A stretch of 64,000 nucleotides of DNA from Octopus bimaculoides (GCF_001194135.2 NC_068988.1:45963668-46027667), one strand, 5' to 3'. Positions 37,900 through 50,235 are shown, numbered from the stretch's first letter. Notes: generated by a model from the sequence alone, not told the origin. Made by a program: numbers and translations.

Positions 37900-38814
37900 T
37901 ACACACACATAGGCACACTCATTTGCTTATACTCAGATTGGATGTGATAGTTGGATATTGTTCCTAATGTTTTTGTATTGGATTATTCAAACTACTACTC
38001 TGTTCATAACCTCTGTAAATACTTCTATTAGCATATTTTAGCCTTATTATATTATCTTGTCTTAATCACAGCTGGCAGAGTTGGCAAAATGTCAACTTAA
38101 GGTGTAAACTGTTAATGTCCTATCACCTATGTTGTGTTTTCTGTTGACGATCAAGTCTCTTTTGCTAGATGAATCTATCTTGATAGAAAAAAAGGATGAA
38201 GCTTATAGCTATTAGCAGCATCAATGTCAGACGTGTATAACCGATAATTTTTCAGTGACTTACTGTACTGAGCTCAAACCATATCATAAACGTAATTTTG
38301 AGACCACTTTCCTGATTAAGGCATCCAATTAAGAAAAGCCAAACAATTGACAAATAAACTATCTATTGATGCAACTAATTAAGCAAAATTAAAGCATTTC
38401 ACTTTATTTATTGCAGCTGGTTAAAATGAATGGATATTAATTATTTTCCCTTAGGCATAAGACTCAGTTTGTCAAGAAAATATTAAGTTAATTGAATTGA
38501 CAAAATATTGTTTTTCTTTCCTTTCCTGTTACTGGTACTTATTTTATCTTCTGAGTGACAACAAACATAATTTCAACTCTCTTTCTTCCTCTTTGACTCT
38601 CTCTCTCTCTCTTTCTCGGTCTCTTCTCTTTCTCTGTCTCTCTCTCTTTCTCTCTCTCCCTCCCTTAAATGGAAGGTCTGTCTATAACTGTTAGATTTCT
38701 CTTTTTTCTGCAACATATGAATTCATCCTTTCTCAACTACTTCCTGAATAATATTGATTGGATTCTCTTGTTTTGAGCTTATTAATATTTAGATCTTAAA
38801 ACTCTTTCTGCTAA

Positions 38815-39212
38815 AGGTACAAATCCTGAAATTTTGTGGGAAGAGTCTAATCGAACACATTGACCCCAGTGCTCAACTGGTAATTATTTCATCAACCCCA
38901 GAAGGATGAAAGACAAAGCTGGCTTTGGTGGAATGCTAATGATTCTGCCAGTTCACTGCCTATTTAGATTTTAATACAAATACAAGTTAGTAAGTATTCT
39001 TTTCCACACTAGGCACAATGCCCGAAATTTGGGGGAGGGGGCCAGTCAATTAGATTGACTCTAGTATGCAACTGGTACTTTATTTATCAACCCTGAAAGG
39101 ATGAAAAGCAAAGTTGACCTTGGTAGAATTTGAACTCAGAACATAAAAACAGACGAAATACCGCTAAGCATTTCACCCAGTGTGCTAGCGTTTCTGTCAG
39201 CTCACCACCTTC
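38815..39212 (-). mobile_element. Two SINE family B copies
   Basis: Homologous to 62915-63122. Confidence 0.85.
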
Positions 39213-39619
39213 AAGATTGTAAATATTGAAACTATACTGTCTGTTAAACAAAATTAGCATTGTTATAATTTTCAGTTCTTCTTCTCCTTGTTTTACTTGG
39301 TAGTTTCACTTCATATGAGTAGCTGTTTAGGGATTTCCAATGGAGTCTGATAAAGGCTGTGCTAACATACATACATACATATGAATTGCTACATAAAGAA
39401 ATTGGGTAGGCAGTGAGATTAATTCAAATACTCATGTTTATTTTTCAATTAATGGTATACAACTTCTGCAAAAGTTAATTTTATTTTCCAACTCTTCTGG
39501 AGTGGATAAAATAAGTGTCAGTCAAGTACTGAGGTCAATATGTATTCGAATATTCCTTTCCACAAAATTTTTGGCTTTCAGTTTGTATAAGATATCAACA
39601 CTATTATCATATGTTCATA

Positions 39620-40180
39620 AGGCGGTGAGCAGGCAGAATCGTTAGCACGCCTGGCGAATTGCTTAGCGGTATTTCGTCTGCTGCTATGTTCTGAGTTCAA
39701 ATTCCACCGAGGTTGACCTTGCCTTTCATCCTTTCGGGGTCAATTAAATAAGTACCAGTTATGCACTGAGGTCGATATAGCCAACTTAATCTGTTTGTCC
39801 CCTCTATGTTTAGCCCCTTGTGGGCAGTAAAGAAATAAGAATCATTAGCATACTGGGCAAAATACTTAGTGGTGTTTTGTCCGTCTTAAAATTCTGAGTT
39901 CAAATTTCACCGAGGTCGACTTTGCCTTTCATCCTTTCAGGGTTGATAAACTAAGTACCAGTTGCATACTGGAGTTGATCTAATCGACTGGCTTCCTCCC
40001 ACAAAATTTCGGGCCTTGTGCTTAGAGTAGAAAAGAATATTTTGAATTCCAATTCTGCTGAGGTCTACTTTGTCTTTCATGCTTTCAGGATCAATAAAAT
40101 AAGTACCAATTGAGTGCTGAGGTTGATGTAATCAACTTAACCCCTCCAATGAACTTGCTAGCTTGTGCCAAAATTTGAAA
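39620..40180 (+). mobile_element. Multimeric SINE family B (dimer plus a third partial unit)
   Basis: Three successive units containing GAG(T)TCAAATT..GAGGTCGACTTTGCCTTTCATCC-like sequence. Confidence 0.9.
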
Positions 40181-41119
40181 CCGTTATTATCATATGTTTG
40201 TAATTTACTTTTACTGACTATATTCATGTAGATACTACTAACACTACTGCTGTTGCTGCTACTACTACTACTTCTACCACTACCACTACCACTACTACTA
40301 CTACTACTACTATGTGGCCAAAACAACTTGGTTATATGAGCTATTAATTGCAAGTTGATGTAGCTGACAGTCCAAGAATTTGATTTTAAATGAAATTAAA
40401 ACTTAGGTATATGAAAAGAACCTTTGGTAAATATTGAATTAAAATCAGATACGTTAAGAATTGCAATTACAAGCGATTTGTTGTGTCATCTAGATAATTA
40501 AAACCTGTATTTATTAACTGCAACCACTTATGTATGGACTATATGGAAAATCAGTAGACATTGAATAGATAAGCACAGTATGTAACTGTTGACTGACTGA
40601 ACAGAAGCAATCTGTAGATGTTAACTGGACAAACATGGTCTATAAGTGTTGACTAAATAGAAACTGACAATAATTAATGGTTGAATAGACAGTTTATTGA
40701 TACTGGCTGCACTGATATAGTCTGCTGGATATACACTATATAGACACATACAGTCTGCAGCTATTTACTAGTCAGAAAAATTTCAGTAAATATTCACCTA
40801 TTAGGCTATTCACTGGTCAAAACATTCCTGTAAATATTCACCAGGTAGACTTTGAATGATGTATGTATGCTTTGTGGGTGTCCACCAGAAACAAAAAAAA
40901 GAAGTTCATAGTTGCCTGACTAAATAAATACAGTTTATGGGTCTCTGACTAGACTGACATGGTTTAGAGGTGTTAACAGGATAGACATTGAATCTAAAAT
41001 TGTGAATAAGATAAACACCTGTATTTAGGGACTGGAAAGGTATGGACTGTGAGGGTAAATACATATACCAAAGTCTGTACGAGCTGACCCTTGTTATTTA
41101 TTAGCTATCTTATTCCTAG

Positions 41120-41194
41120 AAAGTAGGGGCTATCAAGGTGGTACTTCTGGAGAACTACAAGCAGTAGTGACAATAGAAAATAAGTTCATGATAG
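41120..41194 (+). CDS. Candidate 75-nt symmetric (phase 1-1) coding exon (SRGYQGGTSGELQAVVTIENKFMI)
   Basis: Acceptor tatcttattcctag and donor TAG|gtattt. Only one frame is open, and it is phase-compatible with 30786-30880 and 42432-42513. Confidence 0.5.
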
Positions 41195-41520
41195 GTATTT
41201 GCTTATTTATTTAATGTTTATTTGCCATGATATCTTACATTTAGACAAAGAGTTGTTTGAGGTGGGATTTTATAGCAGGGTGCACGTCTTGTAACACCAA
41301 CTACCTGTTTCTCAGGTAAAAAAATTTCTTTCTTCCACAAGTCTTTGAAAGTACAGTGCTACCAGTCATAATGTCAACAAGGAATATCAACTTCAACACT
41401 TCTTTGCTCAATCAGTGACATACATGGGCATATAGCAATGGTGGTTAAGAGCATGGGCTACTAACCTCAAGATTCCAAGTTTGATTCCAGGCAGTGACCT
41501 GAATAAAAATAATAATGATG

Positions 41521-41554
<34 letters not shown>

Positions 41555-41604
41555 CAACAACAACGGCAACAACAACAACAGCAACAACAACAACAACAAC
41601 AACA

Positions 41605-41760
41605 ACATTGAAAAATACCTTAGGAATGAGAACTCAGGCTCGAAATTTCCCCCAAGACACCTGATGAAGGCTGGGGGGAATATCAGCCGAAATGTGTTAT
41701 CAGCAAACAAGATGAGGACAAATATCCGTCAAATGTAAATAATGTAAATAATATAGAACT
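41605..41760 (+). mobile_element. Penelope terminal-repeat (pLTR) fragment with a degenerate hammerhead motif
   Basis: GACAC-CTGATGA-A-GGCTG...CAGCC-GAAA-T-GTGTT at 41656-41698. The downstream GATGAGGACAAATATCCGTCAAATGTAAATAATGT is the same tail as in 21615-22350. Confidence 0.8.
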
Positions 41761-42431
41761 CTATAAACATACATGCACGTTGACGTGCACACACAAACAT
41801 GCATGTGCATACAATAGGCTTTCTGCAGTTTCTGTCAATCAAACTACCTCACATTACATTGGTTGATCTGAGGCTTAGTCTATAGTAAATGATAATACTT
41901 ATCTTAGGTACTGTTCAGTGGAACAAATCATGCAAATTGAACTTCTTAACCACACAGCCATGCTTGCACCTATTGCATTCTAGTTAACAGTACATCCAGG
42001 ATGCTTCACTTAGCCTTAGTAAACCAAAGTAATATTGACAATTCTAGATTGGAAGCATGAGTTCAATATTGGAGTGATATTTAGCTAAAAAGTTTAAAAG
42101 TAAAATGGCTCTATGTCTTACTTTTTGGCTGAATACAAGATCGTGAAAAATGTGAAATAACATAAAATATGATATAAGATAACAATACTGATCAGCAGAA
42201 TCATAGGTGTGCTAGACAGAGTTTTGTATTTGCTTTGAGTTGAAAACTTACTGAGGTCAACTTTGCCCATCATCACTTGTCTGTCAGTAAAATAAAGCAT
42301 TAATCAAATACTGGAGTTGATTTAATTGATTAGCATATATGTGCTGATATATAATATGTTTGCATTGCAGAATAGAGAAGAGAATAGAGGCATAAACTAT
42401 TCAAATGACTTGTTTTCTTGTTGATCGGCAG

Positions 42432-42513
42432 AACTAGGAACCAAGCTCCATCCAGCTATAGCACTAGGATTAGAGCAGATGCTATACTACAGGGGCTGCT
42501 GGTCACCAATCAG
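42432..42513 (+). CDS. Candidate coding exon (LGTKLHPAIALGLEQMLYYRGCWSPI; alternative frame TRNQAPSSYSTRIRADAILQGLLVTNQ)
   Basis: Strong acceptor cttgttttcttgttgatcggcag and donor CAG|gtatgt. The 82-nt segment is GC-richer than its flanks. Two frames are open. Confidence 0.5.
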
Positions 42514-42626
42514 GTATGTGCAACAATATCTCTTAGTACCAAAAAAGAAACTGAGACTATTACGAAAATTGGTAATTGGGCACTCAAAACCAAAAGTTAC
42601 GGAGAGATAAGATGAAAACATTTATG

Positions 42627-42798
42627 AGGCACAGGAGTGGCTGTGTGGTAAGTAGCTTGCTTACCAACTACATGGTTCCGGGTTCAGTCCCACTGCGTGG
42701 CACCTTGGGCAAGTGTCTTCTACTATAGCCTCAGGCCGACCAAAGCCTTGTGAGTGGATTTGGTAGATGGAAACTGAAAGAAGCCTGTCGTACATACG

Positions 42799-42829
<31 letters not shown>

Positions 42830-43020
42830 TTGCGTGTCTGTGTTTGTCCCCCCACCATTGCTTGACAACCGATGGTGGTGTGTTTACATCCCCGTAACTT
42901 AGCGGTTCAGCAAAACAGACCGATAGAATAAGTCCTGGGGTCGATTTGCTCGACTAAAGGCGGTGCTCCAGCATGGCCGCAGTCAAATGACTGAAACAAG
43001 TAAAAGAGTAAAACAGTAAA
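42627..43020 (+). mobile_element. SINE family A, full length, little diverged
   Basis: Complete head AGGCACAGGAGTGGCTGTGTGGTAAG through to the (GTAAAAGA)-type tail. Confidence 0.95.
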
Positions 43021-44427
43021 GAGAGGCAGAGAAAGAGAGAGAGAGATGGTTGATTTAATGGATCGATTGCTACTCATTACAATTATTAATATATTTATTA
43101 ATATAACATCTAACATAGCTTGTATTGTTGTTTAATAGATTATCCTTTAATATCTTTTTAAAGCGATCTGCAAGTTAAAATACAGTACTTAAATATCTCA
43201 TTCCATGTTCTGAGGAAAATATCTTTAAGAAGGGTTTTTTATCTTTTGTTAAGCAAACATGTGGAGCACTTAATATATTTCTATTCTGTCTTGGTAGGAC
43301 AGTCTGCAATTAAGGTAGCCTTAAGGAAGATTTTATAAAAAAATGTCAGTAACTTATTTATCTATGAAGACGCATATACATAAGGAGGCATTGATATTGA
43401 ACGAATCCCTTATAGTTAGAATGACAGTCTTCTTCATCTTCTTCTTCTTCTTCTTCTTCTTTTCCGCTTTCCACCATCTTCTACTTCTTTTCCTTCATTT
43501 ACTTCTTCAATAGTTCAGAAGAACTATTATATTTTTTTTATATGTGATCCTTATTGCTGTTTTCTGGAGTTAGCACGTTTTGCTTGCATCACCTGAAGCA
43601 AGAATATCATAATTTAAATGTAGCAGCTAAAGGGATAAAAAAAAAAGTAATAAATGCATTTACAGGAATACATTTTTTTATTTATTAGGGTTATTATTAT
43701 TATTATTATTACTATTGTTGTTGTTGTTGTTAGCGGTAGTAGTAGTAGTAGCTAGAAGAGATAGCTCTGAAAAATTTAAGTTGATTAGATTATATGATAG
43801 GAAATGGCGGGGACACTTAATTTTGACATTTATTTGTACAACCAGAAAAGAATGTGATGTAGCATTACAGCCCACCTTTCCCAACACACACAAGCCTCTA
43901 GTATTTTAAAAATGTTTTATTTATATATATATTGAAAGTCCAATGGAAAACGGATATAAAATGATGATGAGTGGGTGAGCTATGACTGCAACAATAGCAG
44001 TAATAGCTAAGCCAAGTGAGCTATATTCTTTTTGCCTTTGTGTTTTGATAGTATTGTAGGTTTGTTAATTTTACATAAACCAGTTTGTCATAATAATTCA
44101 GCTACACATAAAAAGTAGTTAGTCAGTATTAAAATACATGAAACTTTAAAATGCTGAATAAAAATAAATATGCAGTAAGGAAAACAATATTATTCAATGT
44201 TATTATTATTTCTATTTTTTATTTTTTCCCAGCAAGCACACTAAACATTCTTCAGTATTATTTTGACCTCATCATCATCATAAAAAGAAAAAAGTGAACA
44301 CTAAAGCATTTGCTAACTAAATATATTAAGCTGTACGTTTATTGGTAGAGAAATATAGAATTGTTTAGACTTATATAATCGAAGATGCAATAAAAACAGT
44401 AATAAAAAGGCATTGGAGGGGTGATGC

Positions 44428-44740
44428 ATACCCTGCACACACACAAGGATAAAATAGAATTTAATCTAATGATCTCAGACGAATTAATATTTCAACAAAA
44501 TGACATCAAGAGTTATTTCCCCTGCATATCGCTTAAGAATATGTAACAAAGAAAAATATACACCTTGATTCACCAGGCCAAAATTTAATGAGTTCAAGCC
44601 ACTCACCCAATGAGTATTTCTGCCAAATTTGGTGAAAATCAATTCAGCCATTTTCCAGTAATTTTGCAAACACACAGACAAACAGAAAAAGTTAAGTGAC
44701 TACAATACCCTGCTTTCGTTTACACGTGCAGGGTTATAAT
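44428..44740 (+). mobile_element. Helentron-associated non-autonomous element (HINE/DINE-1-like)
   Basis: ATACCCTGC occurs at both the 5' end (44428) and subterminally (44705). A 3' hairpin ACCCTGC...GCAGGGT (44707-44734) is followed by TATAAT, and an ACAGAC-type tract precedes it. This matches DINE-1 architecture. Confidence 0.6.
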
Positions 44741-45416
44741 TAGATCACTTTTCAGTTTCCCACCAAAGTTATCTTGACACCATTTTCACTAAGTACAGTT
44801 GTATCATCAGAAATATGGAATATTTCCCTGAAGAGGTCACAGGATGTGAGAAAGAAGATCTTTGACAAAGAAACTAAAGTAATAATAATAAAGCTGAAGT
44901 GAAGACGAAATATATAGTGCATATATTTAATTGTCAAAATATGACCATCGTCAAGGAATATATAATGTTTTCTGGTAATTATTTCATGAACAAATCGTCA
45001 TCATCATCATCATTGCTTAATGTCCCCCTTCCATGAGCAGAAGAAAAGGGACATTTTCCTGGGCCTCTAAAACTAGCAGGGGGAAAGGAGGAAATTTTCT
45101 TCAGACAAGAGCCCAACTTAGAATGTTTATAGTAAAGTGGGCTCTGCTACAACTACATAAGGAGCACGTAGTGGTTTTAAGCTGGGTGATGGAATAAGTC
45201 TACAAAATATCACTCATAATGCTTAGGTGCAAACTTTCCCAAATTTCTGTTATTGAATCAAATACAAAACCTCGTAATCGTGAAATGAACGTACAAACCA
45301 CACAGTTATGCCTATACCCATATGTATTGTTTATGTAGATGCCAAAGAAAAGTTGCCAAAATTGTGTATACCGATACATTTTATCTGATGGGTAACATTT
45401 AAACCATATATTGCTT

Positions 45417-45720
45417 TCATCATCATCATCATCCAGTGTTTTTAATCCAGGTTTTGTCCCCGTTAACAGGGGTGGCCAGATCTACCTCAATGCCATAGTA
45501 ACTGAGGCATGTAGGTACAGCCTGACCCAACTTTTGGGCAGGCTGGTGCCCATTATCCTTTGCTATCTTTTTTGGAGCTGGGTTTTCTATGGGGAGCATG
45601 CCCTTGCTTACCCCCAACATCAGTTTCTAGACATGAGTGGTCCCGAGACTAAGGATTCTACCATGATTTTTAAGAAATGTGGTGGAAAAACTAGCTCAGG
45701 AAGGCAGGGCCGCTACACCC
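45417..45720 (-). mobile_element. SINE-like or LINE-tail repeat ending in (GAT)n
   Basis: GC-rich block with a (CAT)n tail on the plus strand; the minus strand contains GGGGTAAGCAAGGGCATGCTCC. Single copy in this window. Confidence 0.55.
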
Positions 45721-45749
45721 TGAGGCTCTTTCGAAGCTCCCTATGTATG

Positions 45750-46140
45750 TTTCGTATAAACTATAAATCTATTTGTGCACAGACCACATTTACAGGCTAC
45801 CTACACAAGGAAACAAAAATATTAAAAATAGAAGACTACCAGGACATTTCAGAAGCACATACTTGGTTGTTGCCACAGCAAGCTTCGATACCCCACAGTT
45901 CTTCTCAATACATAAAATCCATCCCTAAACATCACAACAGATTATCCAACAGTACTACAATAGAAGCATAATAACACTCTATAACTAAATTGCTTTCACA
46001 CAGGAATATGAATAACCTGAAACACTGTGCTGGGATATACACCACCAACAATAAGAGCAAAGAAAGAGCAACAGCTGTGTCCTGACTAAGTTCACTTTAC
46101 CCTCTTCTGTTGCAGCCACAATAGAAATAGACTGGACCGT
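45750..46140 (+). mobile_element. Degenerate non-LTR retrotransposon (I/Loa-like) RT C-terminal fragment
   Basis: YLHKETKILKIEDY resembles the HLH.ETKIL.I.DH motif of I-group LINE thumb regions. Weak beyond that motif. Confidence 0.4.
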
Positions 46141-46699
46141 GGAGAGAGTATAGTATGTCTAGATGGCCACACAATATCCAACACAATTTATCACAGTTTG
46201 TCAGCATGCAGTATGGTACTGGACTAGACAAAAGCATAGCACAATGAAAATAAAATATGCTGACTGTGCTTAGTTTTTTTCATCTGACAACCTATGTGCA
46301 GTAGGTTTGTTCAGTGTGAGATTACCTGTGACAACAACACTAATTATACACAAATGCATTATTTATGATTTGCATCTCTCCAGTCAGCATTTATCTGTCT
46401 GTGTCTGTGCTGTCAAAAGTTCATTTTTTGTGTGTATACAATCAATACCTATTAATTGTCTAGCAAGTTAAAATCCATATTTAAAAATCTCTCACTCATT
46501 AAAAAACGATTGCTTGAAGTCTACACAACATTTAAATGTTGTGTTCCACCAGTCACTATTCCAAGTAAGTACATGTTCTTCCAGTTAACTACATGCTATC
46601 TTGTGACTCATGCTTGACTTGTATCTCTTCTATAATCATGATCCGAGAAAACATACTCCAAAAAAAGACAACATTGTTTTTTTTTTACCAATGGCACTT

Positions 46700-47025
46700 A
46701 CACAAAGGCAAATGGCTCAGTGGTTACAGCATTGAGCTTGCAATCATGTGGAAGAGAGTTTGATTCCTGGACCAGGCTGTGTGTTGTGTTTTTGAGCATG
46801 TTACTCCAGTTCACTCAGCTGTAAAAATGAGTTGTGACATCACTGGTGCCAAGTTGTATTGGCTTTTTCCTTTCCCTTGGGTAACATCAGTGGTGTGGAG
46901 AGGAGAGGTGGGTATGCATGGGAAACTGCTTGTCTTTCACAAACAATCTTGCCCAGGAGGGTAACTTTCTAGGTGCAATCTTATGGTCATTCATGACTGA
47001 AGGATGTCTTTACCCTTTACCTTTT
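46700..47025 (+). mobile_element. tRNA-derived SINE with CORE-like body (family E)
   Basis: A box TGGCTCAGTGG, B box GAGTTTGATTCC, body CCAGTTCACTCAGCTGTAAAAATGAGT and tail CTTTACCCTTTACC. Confidence 0.75.
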
Positions 47026-47747
47026 GCTTACACAGAATTACTAAACATATGAAGGAAAAATATTGTACTGTACATTCCCTACATATGAGTAGCCTACAAC
47101 AAAAGTCTTCAAATTCACTCCATTAGGCCTTGCTTTCTTTGATGGCTTTATTGCCTTTCTCATGGTGGCAGCCATAAATGTATAACATGACAAAAACTTA
47201 TATCAAAAATATAGGTTTCTTCAGAGCCAGAAAATACTTTAGTTCTGGTCAGTTACTGACCATTTACAAAGATCAAAAGAAACACAAACTGGTGTATTTC
47301 TCGATCTTATAATTAAGCTATAACTAACATTATATGAGATTAACAACAATGTTATTTGGTCTATTGATAATCATTATTAATTAATTAAACATTGTTACTT
47401 TTCTCACTCTCATCTTTCATTACTAGTATAGCTTACTCTCCTTTGAAGTAACAAGCTGTATGCCAGTACTGTCCAGTCTGGTTTGTACATCTTTTACTTT
47501 CTTTTCCAATGTCTACACTGTTTTACATCACAATTCCCACACTAGATATTTAGATTTTGAATTACAGCTATCTTCAACTCTTTCCTTTTCAAAACTTTTC
47601 TTACTAAACATCAAAATGGACTATCAACTATATAGGCCCTCACTAGTTTGCGATAATCCATTTACAAAATTATTGGGCATGGGTCCTCTTCCTCTCACTT
47701 ATGAATAATAAAAACTGATACTTGTAGAGCATCTATCGATCTATAAT

Positions 47748-47975
47748 CATCATCATCATCATCCTTTAATGTCTGTTTTCCATGCTGGCATGGGTTGGAC
47801 AATTTAACCAGGGCTGGCCAGCTGGAGAGCTGTACCAGGCTCCAGTTTGATTAGGCATAGTTTCTATGGCTGGATGCCCTTCCTAACAGTAACCATTTTA
47901 CAGAATGTGCTGGGTACTTTTACATGGAACCAGCATGAGTGCTTTTACCGTGGCACTGGCACAATTACTTTTAGT
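47748..47975 (-). mobile_element. Family C retroposon
   Basis: (CAT)n followed by TTTAATGTCTGTTTTCCATGCTGGCATGGGTTGGAC. Confidence 0.85.
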
Positions 47976-48065
47976 GTGACACTTGTACAGGACTCTTACA
48001 AGCCAATCCTCTTCACTTAGGAGAGCTGCCTTAATAATACTACTGTTGAGTACAGGTCTTTGAAC

Positions 48066-48105
<40 letters not shown>

Positions 48106-48155
48106 CTCTGTCTGTCTGTCTCTCTATCTATCCCTCTCTCTCTATCTATCTATTA

Positions 48156-48204
<49 letters not shown>

Positions 48205-49366
48205 TACATACACACATAAATATTCGGTCTAACTTTTACTAACTTAATACTAAATCAACACTTTATCTTTCTGGTTGACACATGTATGCTGTGTCTGTCT
48301 AGTTGAAGTTGGCATTGTGTGACGATCCAGTTAACATCTTCTCAACAAGCCTATTGATTCAGTCAGTACTAACGTTGTATTATTCCATTGTTAACATTTC
48401 CAACATCCATCTTATGTCTATATAACCAATGCCAACTGGTATGGTAGAGAACTGTGAACCAGTGACAGAATAAAAGAGAAAACTCTATAATTTATGAGCA
48501 GCTTGATAGCTTACATCTCTGAATCTGAGTTCTCATTATGACTGTTCAACCATTCCTAACTAATAATAACAACCAATGACCGTTGATCAAGGAATTAATC
48601 TAACAATGAGAACACTAGCTGCAAGAAGAGCAATCACATCAGTATAAAATGGTTTCTCCAAGACACACTGTCTGATATAGAGACATACGTTCATGCATGC
48701 ACACACATATGTACAGATGTTCAAAGTTATACACATTTTCTATTAAGTGAAAAATATTCTCATTTGGTAGAAAGAGACAAGGAATTACACAATTTCCTTA
48801 CTGATAATTTACTTCTATTTTCTAACAGGAGATAGGGTAAAATGAAATGAAAGAAAATAAATAAAACAACAAGAATACAGAACCCCCCCCCCAAAAAAAA
48901 AAGAAGCAAGCAATAAAACAAAAACAAAATTGCAAAATAATAATAATAATAACAACAACAATGCACACACATAAGCACAATTACTAACACTAGACAAGAA
49001 CATTATATTAAGTTCTTTAACTATTTGAAATGTTAAATAGACCATTTATCAAAAAAAGTAATAGTTCTATCATGTTCAAACAAGTGAGAAATAGCTACTA
49101 AAAAGCATCATCATCATCATCATCATCATCCTCTTCACCATCATCACCTTTACCATCATCGTCATCATCATCATCGTCGTCATCATCGTCATCATCAATG
49201 TTATCACCATCAGCAGAAAAGAAACAATAACAAGATATAAGTAACTACATTGATAATGATATGTTGATAGTAATGTTGGTGGTAGTTAAGAAAAACCCAG
49301 GAGAGAATTATTAATCGAAGTGGATAAATGATGATAGATCTTTTGAATGATTATAGAAAACTATAT

Positions 49367-49409
<43 letters not shown>

Positions 49410-49639
49410 TGGGAGATGGGCAGTAAAATGTCTGAGTAGGCAAGCTATCAAGACTACCAACTCATGCACTCAGTGTTCAAACCTGGTGGAAATGTTTCAT
49501 TTTATGTTCTAACATCTTGAAATAGTTCACTGCATGGTTTTTCAGTCCACCAACCTGTTAGTTTAGGGCTACCATCGGTCAGTGTTGACCATGCATCTGC
49601 AGGCCTGAAGAAGACTTTTGGAGGCGATTTTGCTGTACT

Positions 49640-50235
49640 TGAGAAGATACATCAAACTAAATAAAATTGCTGTTGTCCATACGTACTGACAGGCTTGTCC
49701 TTTATGGGTGCCGGTACCCCATAAAATACACTTGTGTGGTTGCTTCTTAAACACACCCATGCTAATGGCCTGTAAAAAATGCACCCAACACATTCTGTAA
49801 AGTGGTTGGCATTAGGAAGAACATCCAGCTATAGAAACCATGCCACAACAGGCAATTGGAGTCTGGACAGCCTTGTCAAACCGTCCAACCCATGCCAGCG
49901 TGGAAAACGGACGTTAGACAATGATGATCATGATGATCATGATAATCATGACTAGCAGTTGACCATATGGGAAATACTCTTCCCTCCAAAACACAGATGT
50001 GTATCCAAAGGAAAGTTTACCAATTTGGCACCAGCGTTAATCATTATCATTTATTGTCTGTTTTTTAGGCTGACATGGGTTGGACAGTTTATGAAGATCT
50101 AGTGAGCTACAGTGCTGCACTGTGCCACAGGCTGCATCATGCTAAGTCAGCTTTGGTATGGTTTCTATGGCTGAATGAGCTTCCTAGTACTGTGTACTGA
50201 GGGCTTTTTTCATGTCACTGGCACTAGTGATGTTG
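49640..50235. mobile_element. Inverted pair of family C copies (49640-49950 plus, 50035-50235 minus)
   Basis: ...CCGTCCAACCCATGCCAGCGTGGAAAAC versus ...GCTGACATGGGTTGGACAG; the two tails are about 90 bp apart. Confidence 0.75.

Noticed and set aside
41279-41318. Exon-like segment ending CAG|gtaaaa
   Set aside because: It resembles a decayed repeat fragment, follows a poor acceptor and is out of phase with the neighbouring candidates.
45411-45971. Longest gap-free ORF (186 aa)
   Set aside because: It is a chimera of the antisense of a SINE-like repeat and a decayed LINE fragment, and starts at a non-ATG codon just before a (CAT)n tract.
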